64,000 bases of DNA from Vitreimonas sp. (lineage in GTDB: Bacteria > Patescibacteriota > Microgenomatia > UBA1400 > PJMF01). The notes under the pieces are model-generated. The model saw nothing but the letters and a program-made list of their open reading frames with translations, was not told the origin of the DNA and searched no databases. Of this stretch, positions 18,790 through 29,200 are shown piece after piece (the first letter of the stretch is position 1; every line of letters starts with the position of its first letter). The translations under genes and the position numbers were made by a program. The stretch covers positions 906,331 through 970,330 of the forward strand of contig DASPLQ010000012.1 of the NCBI GenBank assembly GCA_035627515.1. The letters run 5' to 3'.

Positions 18790-20382
18790 TTAAGTAGCGA
18801 CGTGTTGGCCGCGCATTTCACGGATGGTGGTGACGGTGACTGTTCCAGGATACGTAAGGTTATTTTTGATTTCGTCGCGAATCTTGAGTGCTAACACTTC
18901 CACGTCATCATCTTTTGATTTTTCAGGATCAAGGATGACACGCACTTCCCGACCTGCTTGAATAGCAAATGATTGCTTGACCTCTGGATAATGATTAGCA
19001 ATTTCTTCCAGTTTTTGTAACCGCTTCACGTATTCATCATAATTTTCGTACCGGGCACCAGGGCGAGCTCCAGAGATCGCGTCTGCGATATATACAATCA
19101 TTTGTTCAGCACCGGTAAATGGTGTGTCCTCATGATGCTGAGCAATACAATCGACTACTGCCTGAGGTAAGCCATATTTTTGAGCGATTTTGACGCCCAA
19201 CTCTACGTGACTACCTTCTACTTCCTCGGAGACTTTACCGATGTCATGGAGTAAACAGCCCAATTTGACCACGTTGACGTCAGCTTTGAGTTCGTGAGCA
19301 ATCTTAATACCAATCCGAGTTTCTTCTAAAGTGTGGGCAATTAAGTTCTGGCCATAAGAGAAGCGATACTTGAAGCGGCCTAACATTCGCATCAGTTCGA
19401 CGGGTAAGTTGTAAACACCCACATCGTGACACAGCTTTTTGCCGGCCTCGAACATGATTTTATCGAGCTCAGTGCGGACCTTATCGACAACTTCTTCAAT
19501 CCGTGTAGGTTGAATCCGGCCATCTTTAATTAAGCGCTCCAAAGCAATGCGGGCTACTTCACGACGGACAGGATCAAAACAGGATAATCGCACTTCGGTA
19601 GGCGAAGTATCGAGGTCAACATCGACGCCTGTATAGCGCTCGAAGGTATGAATGTTGCGACCTGATTTACCAATAATTTTACCTTTGGCTTCCTCGGATG
19701 GGAGTGTGACAGTGGAGATAGTGTACTCAGGGACGTACTCAGTGGCGCCATGTTTCATAGAATCTACTAAGATTTCTTTGACGCGCTCGTCAGCTTCGTC
19801 TTTAGCTTCTTCTTGGCGTTGGCGAATCAATTGAGCCATTTCTTTGCTGAGTTTCTTTTCCAAGTTATCCATCAGATAACTCTTGGCCTCATCGCGGGTC
19901 ATGCTCGAAACTTCTTCGAGGCGTTTGAGAACATTTTGGCGTTGGTTCTCGAGGTTAGCTTTGAGTTGCTCTAGTTCAGAACGGTGTCGCTCTAGTTCTT
20001 GTTCACGCTTATCCATTTGTTCTAAGCGGATATCAAGTTTATCGAGTTTACTGTTTAGTAAGCGTTGTTGCTCTTCTAGTTGGCGGGAGACGTTACGAGC
20101 GTCTTGTTCGGCCTTGGTTTTAACTGCTAAGGCTTCATCTTTAGCCTCCACAATAATTTCTCGGGCTTTAGCTTGAGCTTCGCGGACGATAGCTTGATTA
20201 TCGATCACCGCTGCTGGAGTGGGTGCTTTAGGTGCGGGCTGAGGAGCTGGCGCTGGTTTAGCCGTTTTGGCTTTAGGTTGAGGACCTTTGGAGGCAGTGG
20301 GAAACGGGGTTTTTGTGGCTGGCGCACCTTTGGGGGCACCGGCTGATTTAAAAATAGTTGATAAATTACCAAAAAATGACAT
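18790..20382 (-). CDS. rny: Ribonuclease Y (KH + HD domains) with a Pro/Ala/Lys-rich N-terminus and no TM anchor
   Basis: Coiled coil, KH domain (GKIIGKSGRNI) and HD domain (LLHDIGK). AAGGAG Shine-Dalgarno 6 nt upstream. Confidence 0.85.
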   Translation of the reverse strand: MSFFGNLSTIFKSAGAPKGAPATKTPFPTASKGPQPKAKTAKPAPAPQPAPKAPTPAAVIDNQAIVREAQAKAREIIVEAKDEALAVKTKAEQDARNVSRQLEEQQRLLNSKLDKLDIRLEQMDKREQELERHRSELEQLKANLENQRQNVLKRLEEVSSMTRDEAKSYLMDNLEKKLSKEMAQLIRQRQEEAKDEADERVKEILVDSMKHGATEYVPEYTISTVTLPSEEAKGKIIGKSGRNIHTFERYTGVDVDLDTSPTEVRLSCFDPVRREVARIALERLIKDGRIQPTRIEEVVDKVRTELDKIMFEAGKKLCHDVGVYNLPVELMRMLGRFKYRFSYGQNLIAHTLEETRIGIKIAHELKADVNVVKLGCLLHDIGKVSEEVEGSHVELGVKIAQKYGLPQAVVDCIAQHHEDTPFTGAEQMIVYIADAISGARPGARYENYDEYVKRLQKLEEIANHYPEVKQSFAIQAGREVRVILDPEKSKDDDVEVLALKIRDEIKNNLTYPGTVTVTTIREMRGQHVAT

Positions 20383-20608
20383 ATCACTCCTTACGAATCA
20401 ATCCTAAGTAAAGGTTGCGTAAAAAGTGAGAGAAGAACTCAGCGCTAAGGTTAGCGACTGATGACCACAGCCAACTTCACCGGGGGCAAGAATGCTGCGG
20501 TGAAAGAATGTAAGTAATATAAAATAAGGTTACTTATCATGATTGGGCGTGCTTTAAATTCTCTCAAATATCTACACTTATAATGTCTATACTTAGTGAT
20601 TGGGTTGA

Positions 20609-20637
20609 ATTATAAGCCACATTTGCCCATAAGTCAA
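20609..20637 (-). promoter_or_regulatory. Sigma70-type promoter on the minus strand: TTGACT, 17 nt spacer, TATAAT. Gives a leader of about 220 nt before rny.
   Basis: The reverse complement of 20609-20637 reads TTGACTtatgggcaaatgtggctTATAAT. Confidence 0.5.
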
Positions 20638-20642
20638 CAAAA

Positions 20643-20675
20643 AAACCACCTCAGGGAGGTGGTTTTTAAATTGAT
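20643..20675 (-). terminator. Rho-independent terminator downstream of recA. Bidirectional hairpin CCACCTC-AGG-GAGGTGG flanked by A and T runs.
   Basis: aaaaaaCCACCTCagGGAGGTGGttttt lies immediately 3' of the recA stop. Confidence 0.7.
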
Positions 20676-20688
20676 CATTCAATCTTTT

Positions 20689-21732
20689 TTAGCGCGTCTC
20701 TTTAATTTTCTTCCAGATTTCTTGTTCAATTTCGTGCATGACTTTGGGATTTTCTGTTAGATAGGTCTTGGCGGCTTCACGACCTTGGGCAATGACTTCA
20801 CCCTTATATCTGAAGAAACTCCCACTCTTCTCGAGTAATCCTTGTTCAGAGCCAATATCAATTACATCACCCACCTTGGAAATACCGTTTTCATCCATAT
20901 CAAATTCTGAGACACGGAAAGGAGGTGAAAGTTTGTTTTTAACCACTTTGACGCGATGACGACTGCCGACAATTTTATCGCCTTCTTGGATGTTACCAAT
21001 TTTACGAATATCAATGCGGAGCGAAGCATAGAACTTAAGAGCGTTGCCACCGGTGGTGGTTTCAGGGTTACCAAACATGACGCCAATTTTCATCCGCAAC
21101 TGATTAGTAAAGATCACCAGGGTTTTGGTTTTATTGATAGCTGCAGTCAGTTTCCGCATGGCTTGTGACATCAACCGAGCCTGAACGCCCATTTGGGCAT
21201 CGCCCATGTCACCTTCAATTTCAGACTTAGGAACCAAAGCGGCCACGGAGTCGACCACTACAATATCTACTCCGCCAGACCGAATCAGTGTCTCAGTAAT
21301 TTCCAAAGCTTGTTCGCCATAGTCGGGTTGAGAAATGAGTAACTCATCCAAGTTAACACCAATTTTGCGAGCGCGCACGGGATCAAGGGCGTGTTCTACG
21401 TCTACAAAAGCGGCTACGCCACCCTGTTTTTGGACGTTAGCAATAGCGTGTAAACAGAGTGTAGTTTTACCCGAGGCTTCAGGTCCATAAATTTCTACAA
21501 TCCGGCCCTTGGGAAACCCACCGACGCCAATGGCCAGGTCAACAGCAAGAGATCCAGTCGAGACAGCTGGAATTTCAGTCGTGTTTTTTAAACTCTCACC
21601 CAACTTCATGATCGAACCCTTGCCAAACTGCTTCTCGATTTGCTGCATCGCAATGTTGACAGCCTGCAGACGCCCTGATGAGGAATCATCACTCGCTGGA
21701 GTAGGATTTGCTTGATTAGAGGCTTTAGCCAT
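20689..21732 (-). CDS. recA: Recombinase RecA
   Basis: Walker [10 protein letters not shown] and the conserved RecA core. AAAGGAG Shine-Dalgarno. Confidence 0.95.
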   Translation of the reverse strand: MAKASNQANPTPASDDSSSGRLQAVNIAMQQIEKQFGKGSIMKLGESLKNTTEIPAVSTGSLAVDLAIGVGGFPKGRIVEIYGPEASGKTTLCLHAIANVQKQGGVAAFVDVEHALDPVRARKIGVNLDELLISQPDYGEQALEITETLIRSGGVDIVVVDSVAALVPKSEIEGDMGDAQMGVQARLMSQAMRKLTAAINKTKTLVIFTNQLRMKIGVMFGNPETTTGGNALKFYASLRIDIRKIGNIQEGDKIVGSRHRVKVVKNKLSPPFRVSEFDMDENGISKVGDVIDIGSEQGLLEKSGSFFRYKGEVIAQGREAAKTYLTENPKVMHEIEQEIWKKIKETR

Positions 21733-21775
21733 ATGGCTCCTTTCGGTACTTATTCGTATAGTCTGTGGTAGTCAC

Positions 21776-21805
21776 TATACTTTATTCTGTTTATTCTGAT
21801 CAATA
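21776..21805 (-). promoter_or_regulatory. Candidate recA promoter: TTGATC, 18 nt spacer, TATAGT
   Basis: The reverse complement of 21776-21805 reads TTGATCagaataaacagaataaagTATAGT. It overlaps the palindrome GTATAGT-N11-ACTATAC. Confidence 0.4.
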
Positions 21806-21888
21806 GAGTAAACTTTAATTCTTGCAAGAACCGTAGGAAGTTTGTAAGAAAATCACTGCAAAATTGATATGAAATACTTAATGGGGCC

Positions 21889-21897
21889 TGCTATAAT
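21889..21897 (+). promoter_or_regulatory. Extended -10 element (TGcTATAAT) upstream of tRNA-Pro
   Basis: TGcTATAAT lies 20 nt upstream of the mature tRNA 5' end. No good -35. Confidence 0.35.
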
Positions 21898-21916
21898 GAT
21901 GCCTCTTCTTTAACAG

Positions 21917-21990
21917 CGGGGAGTAGTTCAGATGGCTAGAATGTACGCATGGGGTGCGTAAGGTCGCAGGTTCGAGTCCTGTCTCCCCGA
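21917..21990 (+). tRNA. tRNA-Pro (anticodon GGG)
   Basis: Manual fold: acceptor CGGGGAG/CTCCCCG, D-stem GTTC/GAAT, anticodon stem TACGC/GCGTA with loop AT-GGG-GT, T-arm GCAGG-TTCGAGT-CCTGT, discriminator A. CCA is not encoded. Confidence 0.8.
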
Positions 21991-22032
21991 CAGTGATCGG
22001 TTTATTGCATGTCCTAAAGAAATGAGTTAAAC

Positions 22033-22788
22033 ATGCTAGAAACAGACAAATTTTTCTTTGTATCTTTTGAAGAAGAAGCAATCAACCACATTAGAAAAAA
22101 TGGCCAACCTGAACTTCATACTAATATATATTCAGCCGAGGTCAGATTACAAGATCACGCTGAGAAACTTTATCAATTGATCTCAGCTGAGACCGTTACT
22201 GAGCGAGAAATTATCAATCAAGTTTTATCGATTATTGCTAGTTTAGATTTACCCCCTTTGGATCAAAAAGGACATGCTTGGTTAGCCTCGAGCGTAAATC
22301 AATACTTAGAACAACGATTAACATATCCCCAGGCTTATGCAATTGTGTATTTGAGTTTTGATGAACAAGGTAAAGCTGAAGATGCGCTGAGTTTTGGCAA
22401 GATTAATGGCCAAACCAATACTATTTTCTTAAACCCCTCTAGACCTGAATTAAAAAAATATCAAGCTATTTTTGAGACTGTGGGAGCTAGCCACGAATTT
22501 GAGTCAGTACAGCCTTTAACTGAAAGTGAGCAAGAGTTATTTGAGTTTTTTGAACAGAGAATTGAGTTAGCTACGGAAAGTGTTAAATTTTATTACGTGG
22601 GCCAAGAAATACGAAATGTAATTCCCACATTGCAACTTTGGAGTAGTTCTCAGCTTTTGGAAAGTTTAAATAGGCTTAGAAAACCATTAAATGAAAAGTA
22701 CCCCTCATTAGAAATAGTGGCCCAAACTCTGCCTCCATATGATGGCAATGATGTATATATCACTATTAAAGGCACCAAATCTTTGTGA
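22033..22788 (+). CDS. Hypothetical protein
   Basis: 251 aa, soluble. No recognisable motif. Confidence 0.4.
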   Translation: MLETDKFFFVSFEEEAINHIRKNGQPELHTNIYSAEVRLQDHAEKLYQLISAETVTEREIINQVLSIIASLDLPPLDQKGHAWLASSVNQYLEQRLTYPQAYAIVYLSFDEQGKAEDALSFGKINGQTNTIFLNPSRPELKKYQAIFETVGASHEFESVQPLTESEQELFEFFEQRIELATESVKFYYVGQEIRNVIPTLQLWSSSQLLESLNRLRKPLNEKYPSLEIVAQTLPPYDGNDVYITIKGTKSL

Positions 22789-22917
22789 ATACACTATTAC
22801 CGCGTTAGGAATTAGTGAGTTGTGTGATATTAATCAGAACTCAAGTACTTGCCCCTCACTCCTAATTGCCATTTCCTGCCTCTGGCGGTATAACTAGATT
22901 TACTCTGCTCAGCAATC

Positions 22918-24699
22918 ATGAAAAAAACTTCTTCGACTTTCGTGTGGCCTCAATGGTTGGGACATGTCGCTGCCTTGGTAGTAATGACGTTGTTTTCACT
23001 GTGGGGTGCTAAGGCATTATTTCACCCTGGCTTATATACTGCTCACGACATTTGGCATCAAGTAGCACGGTTGTATCATTACAGCCAAGCTTTACAAGAT
23101 GGCCAATTTTTACCGATGTGGGTAGGAACGTTAGCGTTTGGATATGGCTATCCGTTATTTATTTTTTCGTATCATTTGCCGTGGTTAATTGCCATTCCCT
23201 TTTTAGGTGCAGGAATGTCAGTTTTTGCGACGCTCAAAACGTTATTTGGTTTAAGTTTAATAGTATCCGCGGTGACCATGTATGTCTGTGTGTATTATCT
23301 GACTAAAAGCAAGTTAGGGTCGCTAGTGGCAGCGGTGATTTATGCGTGGGCTCCTTATCACTTTTTAAGTATTTATGTCAGCGCTTCGATTGGCAATGCC
23401 TGGTCATTTGTGTTTGTGCCACTACTAGCTTGGGGATTGGCTTTGGTTTTGGATAAAAAAAGAACCGGGGGTATTGTTCTCATTGCGTTGAGTGTGGCAG
23501 CCTTGATTTTGACGCACCTGATGACATTAGTGTTAGTCTTGCCACCAATGATACTCTGGTTTGGTATCCAATGGTTAATTCGGTGGTGGCCGCAGCGCGA
23601 AGTGCATGAATTAAAACTGAGCTTTCTCACATTAGCCGCAGGCATCGGGTTAGCTTTCGTTATCACTGCATTTTATCTCGTACCTTTGATCACTTATTTG
23701 CCAATCATCAATGCTGGACAACAAGGCAGTGGTTTCAAAGGTCTCTACGAACGCAACTTAGTTACCCTTAAACAACTTATTTATTCACCTTGGGGCTTTG
23801 GGCCAATTGTCGATAATGCCAAAGATGGCGAGATCTCTTTTCAAGTGGGTATAGCTCAGTGGCTTGCCATGGGTATGGCAGGTTTAGCTTGGTTGGCTGT
23901 GTTGATCAAGTCACGCAAAAATGATGCCGCATTGCTGGCATTAGGAACAGCTTATGCTTTCACTATTTTATTAATGATTGATATCTCTAAACCACTGTGG
24001 CTGGTAGTCGATTCGGCAATTTCTATTGATTACCCTTTTCGGTTGTTACTGGTAGCGGTCTTTTTTGGTTCATTAGCAGCCGGGTATGTAATTGCTCAAC
24101 TGCCATGGAAATTTATTAAAGTCATTGTGTCGGTACTATTAATAGGTGTGGCCGTTTATACCAATCGCAATCACATCCGCGTCAATCAATACACTGATGT
24201 GCCTTTGCAGTTGTATATTGATTCTGAGCTTACCACTAACACCTTCCATGAGTATTTGCCTAAGGGACAAGGTATGGTTGATCCGTGGGTGGGTAATCCG
24301 TTAGCCAGAAGTCCGCTCCTGTCGTCTGAGCAGCTGCAAGCCAGAGGTTTAACTACACAGGTGGGAGAAAGATATCCCAGCACAAAACTTTCACAAACGA
24401 CGACACAGCTTGAGTTTGTAGTACAGTTGGAAAAGGATAGTGACGTAGCACTGCATCATTATGTTTTTCCAGGGATAAAGGTATTGGTGAATGGTCAGCC
24501 CGTTGAGTTTGAGCTGGATGCGAACACTGTGATTTTCAAGCGCTTGCCGGCTGGTGAGCATACCATCACCATCAGATATGAGCGGCCGTCGTGGGTATAT
24601 CTAGGATATCTAGTATCATTACTGGGATTAGGAAGTACTGGTTATTTAGGGTACCGAGCGCTTTCCACACCGCGCTCAACTCACCAAAGGAAGTCATGA
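22918..24699 (+). CDS. Polytopic GT-C-fold membrane glycosyltransferase-like protein
   Basis: 593 aa with at least 12 TM helices and a C-terminal extracytoplasmic domain. Stop overlaps the next gene's start (ATGA). Confidence 0.45.
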   Translation: MKKTSSTFVWPQWLGHVAALVVMTLFSLWGAKALFHPGLYTAHDIWHQVARLYHYSQALQDGQFLPMWVGTLAFGYGYPLFIFSYHLPWLIAIPFLGAGMSVFATLKTLFGLSLIVSAVTMYVCVYYLTKSKLGSLVAAVIYAWAPYHFLSIYVSASIGNAWSFVFVPLLAWGLALVLDKKRTGGIVLIALSVAALILTHLMTLVLVLPPMILWFGIQWLIRWWPQREVHELKLSFLTLAAGIGLAFVITAFYLVPLITYLPIINAGQQGSGFKGLYERNLVTLKQLIYSPWGFGPIVDNAKDGEISFQVGIAQWLAMGMAGLAWLAVLIKSRKNDAALLALGTAYAFTILLMIDISKPLWLVVDSAISIDYPFRLLLVAVFFGSLAAGYVIAQLPWKFIKVIVSVLLIGVAVYTNRNHIRVNQYTDVPLQLYIDSELTTNTFHEYLPKGQGMVDPWVGNPLARSPLLSSEQLQARGLTTQVGERYPSTKLSQTTTQLEFVVQLEKDSDVALHHYVFPGIKVLVNGQPVEFELDANTVIFKRLPAGEHTITIRYERPSWVYLGYLVSLLGLGSTGYLGYRALSTPRSTHQRKS

Positions 24700-25427
24700 A
24701 AAAAGCTACTCATAAAAAAGTTATCGCGGTGATGCCAGCCTACAATGCCGCCAAAACCTTGGAAAAAACCATTAAAGATATTCCCCAAGGTGTCGTTGAT
24801 GAAATTATCTTAGTCGATGATGGCAGCCGGGATGAAACGGTCAAAGTCGCCAAAAAACTAGGACTAACAGTGGTTACCCACCCCATGAACCGTGGTTACG
24901 GTGGTAATCAAAAAACCTGTTACACCGTGGCACTTTCTAATGGCGCTGATGTAGTAGTGATGATTCATCCTGACTATCAATACGATAGTAGTTTGGCAGA
25001 TGAAATGGTGCAGCCTATTCTGGAAGGCCGCGTGGATGTGATGTTTGGTTCTCGGATTCGTAGCCGCCAAGAATCGTTAGCAGGGGGAATGCCCAAGTAC
25101 AAATATTTTGGGAATCGGTTTTTAACCCTAATTGAAAACATTTGTTTAGGACAAAACTTATCAGAGTATCACACAGGATACCGAGCATTTAGTAAAGAAA
25201 TTTTACAAAAAACTCCTTTTCATCGGTACTCAGATGATTTTGTGTTTGATCAACAAATTGTATTGGGTGCGCTCAGCAAAGGGGCTCGAATTGGTGAGAT
25301 TGCTGTCCCAGTGCGTTATTTTGAAGAAGCCTCATCGATCAATTTTGTGCGCTCTTGTATTTATGGTTTATCGATTTTACGAGACGTCACACTCCACGTT
25401 GTGACCGGTGGCAAATACTTTGCTTAG
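24696..25427 (+). CDS. GT2-family polyprenyl-phosphate glycosyltransferase (DPM1/GtrB/ArnC-like)
   Basis: VIAVMPAYN, VDDGSRDET. AAGGAAG Shine-Dalgarno. Start at 24696 (the track ORF begins further upstream). Confidence 0.7.
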   Translation: MKKATHKKVIAVMPAYNAAKTLEKTIKDIPQGVVDEIILVDDGSRDETVKVAKKLGLTVVTHPMNRGYGGNQKTCYTVALSNGADVVVMIHPDYQYDSSLADEMVQPILEGRVDVMFGSRIRSRQESLAGGMPKYKYFGNRFLTLIENICLGQNLSEYHTGYRAFSKEILQKTPFHRYSDDFVFDQQIVLGALSKGARIGEIAVPVRYFEEASSINFVRSCIYGLSILRDVTLHVVTGGKYFA

Positions 25428-25448
25428 AGCCTAAGCAGAAAGGCAGCA

Positions 25449-25738
25449 TGTCGGAAACAGTTAATACCAATCAACCCCGTTGCCAAAGTTGTGGCATGCC
25501 GCTGGGAGAAGGTTTTTGGGGAAGTGAGGCCTCAGGAGCCCTCTCAAGCTCATACTGTCGATTTTGCTATCAGGAAGGGCAGTTTACGCAACCTGATTTG
25601 ACGTTGGAAGGGGCTATCCAGCGAACCGTCACTCACATGACCACTGAGTTACATTTTGAACCAGAAAAAGCTGAACAAATTGCTCGTGGTTTCCTACCAA
25701 CGTTGGAAAGATGGAAACATCAGGAAAATTCTCAATAA
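25449..25738 (+). CDS. Putative zinc-ribbon domain protein (Zn_ribbon_2-like)
   Basis: CQSCGMPL ... YCRFCYQEG four-Cys pattern typical of the putative zinc-ribbon family. Confidence 0.5.
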
Positions 25739-25803
25739 ATTCTTACGTAGTTGTGATGATTTAACTCCGGTTACTGACTATACTAGTTATAGTAGTAAAT
25801 ATT

Positions 25804-26130
25804 TTGGACTTTATACCTATGATCGAAATTTTATTAGTCTTGCTGATTATTTTATGGTTGACAGGTAACCTAAGTATTCCTGGTTTAGTGATTCCAGATT
25901 TTGGGTTGATGGTGATTAATGGTCGTATGATTTCGCTGTGGGACCTCTTAACCTTCATTTTAATTTTGTGGATTCTGGGGTTACTACCAAGTCCTTTTCG
26001 TGAAATTGCTGGCATTTTACTGATATTGTGGGTACTTTCAATTCTAGGAATTTTAGCTTTTGCGGGCTTATCTAACTTGTTAGTCATTGCCATCATTGTG
26101 GGCATTGTGGCTTCATTATTTAGACGGTAA
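25804..26130 (+). CDS. Small membrane protein with an internally duplicated Lmo0937-like module
   Basis: Two copies of the ILxxLWxxG...P pattern. The C-terminal half resembles the Lmo0937 small-membrane-protein family. Confidence 0.4.
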   Translation: MDFIPMIEILLVLLIILWLTGNLSIPGLVIPDFGLMVINGRMISLWDLLTFILILWILGLLPSPFREIAGILLILWVLSILGILAFAGLSNLLVIAIIVGIVASLFRR

Positions 26131-26200
26131 AGCTGAGCTAATTACATCACAACTGGGATTCGGCTAGACAAAGCCAAGTGAGACTGTTACAAGTGTAGCT

Positions 26201-29200
26201 GTGCCAAATACTGACCACTTCCAGCGCGTCTACCAGACCCTCAACCCTGAGCAACGCCAGGCTGTTGATACCTTAGATGGACCGGTGATGGTCATAGCGG
26301 GGCCTGGAACAGGCAAAACCCAGGTTTTAGCAGCGCGGATTGCTAACATTCTTCTCAAAACCGATACGAATCCGAGTTCGATTTTGGCACTGACTTTCAC
26401 AGAATCGGCAGCCAAAAATATGCGCCAACGGTTAGTGAGCATGATCGGTAAAACCGGGTACTACGTCCAGATTCATACCTTTCACTCTTTTTGCACTGAC
26501 GTTATCCAAAGTCATCCTGAGTTTTTTAGCATCGATCGTGATAGTCATCCACTTTCTGAGCTAGAACGTTATGATTTGTTGCAAAGTATCATCGATCAAT
26601 TGCCTCTCCAGGCCCTCAAACCTTTAAATACACCCTACTTTTATCTCAGAGACATTGTTAAAACTATTTCTGATCTGAAGCGTGAAGGTTTATCAGTCGC
26701 CGATTTTGCTACCATCGTCGCCAGTGATCAAACGTTATTTGCCGCTCAACAGGAAACTCTTAAAAAAACTGAAAAAGCTCGCTGGGAAAAACAGTTAGCA
26801 AAAAATGTAGAGTTGGTGCAGATTTATGAACGATATCAACAAGGTTTGCGAGACAGTTTGCGATATGACTTTGACGACATGATTGCGTTGGTTGTGGGAG
26901 CGTTCAAAGCGGAAGAATTGTTACTGACTGAGTATCAAGAGCGGTTATTGTACTTTTTAGTTGATGAGTACCAAGATACTAACTCGGCCCAAAACCAAGT
27001 GGTGGATTTATTGGCTTCGTATTGGGAAGAAAGTGCCAATATTTTTGTTGTAGGTGACCCTAATCAAGCTATTTATCGATTTCAAGGTGCGTCTCTGGAA
27101 AATGTGATTGGTTTTACTAAACGTTATCCGGCAGCCCAGGTCATCACTCTCACAGTCGGTTATCGTTCTCCCCAACAGATTTATGATGCAGCAGCCACAT
27201 TGATTACTAACAATCAAACCACTACAGCGGCTAAAACCTTCAATTTAAGTATAGCTTTGCAAAGCGTCCACCACTCTAAAGATACCACCATTAATATCTA
27301 TCGCTCACCTTCGCAAACACTGGAAAGTGTGTACCTGGCATGTGCGATTGAAAAATTAATTAAAAGCGGCGTCAACCCTTCCGAAATCGCGATTTTATAT
27401 CGTAATAATAGTGATGCAGCTGATATTATGACTGCCCTCGATAAATGGCAAGTGAGATATGAGATAGATGGTGGCAATAACGTTTTAGAAGTTGAACCAA
27501 TTTGTCAGTTGCTTGATTTGTTCCGTGTCATTCAGACCGTAATTGCTGGCAATGAAGATGGTTTGACGTACAAAGTAATGAGTTATGAATGGTTAGGTTT
27601 ATCACCATTATTAGTCATGCAGGCGGCGCGGGCGGCCAGTAAAGCTAAGTGTAGTCTGGTGGAAATTATTCAGCAGGGTTTTGAAGTTTTTACTAAATAT
27701 CAATTTGATCAAGAAGTAACGCCACTCGAGTTTGAGGCACTCAAAAACTTTGTGACCCAAGTTTCACAATGGGCGAGCAAAGATGCTCAATTGACCTTGC
27801 CAGCCTGGTTTGAAGTAGTCATTACTGAGAGTGGCTTTTTGAAATGGCTTAATCAACGGCCAGATAAAATTGAGTTACTAAATGCTCTCAACTCGTTGTT
27901 CAGAGAAATTAAAGCCCTCAGCTCGGCGCGACGGGAGTTCAAACTGGCAGATTTCTTAGCCGTGTTAGAAACCTTGGAAGCACACAGCTTGCCGATTACG
28001 ATGGAAGACTTAAATGTGACTGAGAACGCGGTCAGGTTATCTACGGTTCATAAAGCCAAAGGCCAAGAATGGGAACACGTTTTTATTGCCCGGTGCGTGG
28101 ACGGAAAGTGGGGCAATGCGATTAAACGTGAGCTCTTGCCGTTGCCCAGTGGTATTCTCCACAATACAGATTTATCACAAAAAGAACGTAATGAAGATGA
28201 TCGGCGCTTATTTTATGTGGCTATCACTCGCGCCAAAAAAACCCTCACTATTTGTTATCCAGAAACCATCATCATGGAAAACCGTAGCAAAGCGGTGGTC
28301 GGAAGCGTCTTTATCGAAGAAATTAAAGATCACCTCACCGAACTCGATGATGAGCTGTGTGCTTCAGTAGTCAATAAAGCTGATGAGCATTTAGTGCAGT
28401 TACTTTCCCCAGCTCCCTCGCGTGCTACCTCGGTCTCAGAAAAAACCTTTTTTGAGCACCTTGTCAAAGACTGGCGCCTGTCAGTAAGTTCACTCAACAC
28501 GTATCTGCACTCACCGCAAAGTTTTATTGAGAGTTGTTTATTAAAAGTGCCCACGACGAAAGCTCCCGCTTTAGCTTTTGGGACTGCGGCTCACTTTGCT
28601 CTGGAACAGCTCATGAAAGAGTACCAGCAAGATGGTCAGTGGTTATCAGTCGCTAAATTCTTAGAGTATTTTGAGATGAGTTTAGCCAAAGAAGATTTAA
28701 CCACCAGTCAATTTGAAGCACGAAGAGCATATGGTCGTCAGGTACTGACGCGATATTACCAAGAATTAATGATAGAGCCCCCACGGCCGGCGTTTGTAGA
28801 GCGTTTCTTCGGAGTGGGATGGAGCCGGACTGTCTTAGATGATATCGTTTTAACCGGACGGGTAGATCGCATTGACTGGATTGATATGAAAGCTCAAACC
28901 ACCCGGGTGGTAGATTATAAAACCGGCACGCCGCGAACAATGGGTGAGATCGAGGGCAAAACGATATCGGCTGAGTTATCAGCTCGTGAACAGAGTTTAC
29001 CAGAGAGCATCCGTGGACCATACAAGCGCCAGTTGTTGTTTTATAAATTGCTGACTCAGCTTGATAAAACCTTCCAACCAACTGTGACTAGTGGCGTGTT
29101 TGAGTTCCTCGAGCCTGATAAACAAAGTGGCAAGCTGGTGCAGCGTCATTTCGAGTTACCCGATGATGAAGTAGAAGATCTGAAACACATCATTAAAGAA

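Noticed and set aside
19554-20176. Several ORFs of 60-97 aa on both strands within rny
   Set aside because: They are shadow frames of a conserved gene. The Ser/Arg/Leu-rich translations are the antisense signature of Glu/Lys/Leu-rich coiled coil.
25761-26105. 114-aa minus-strand ORF
   Set aside because: It is antisense to the hydrophobic Lmo0937-like gene. The Ile/Lys-rich translation is an artefact of the AT-rich reverse frame.
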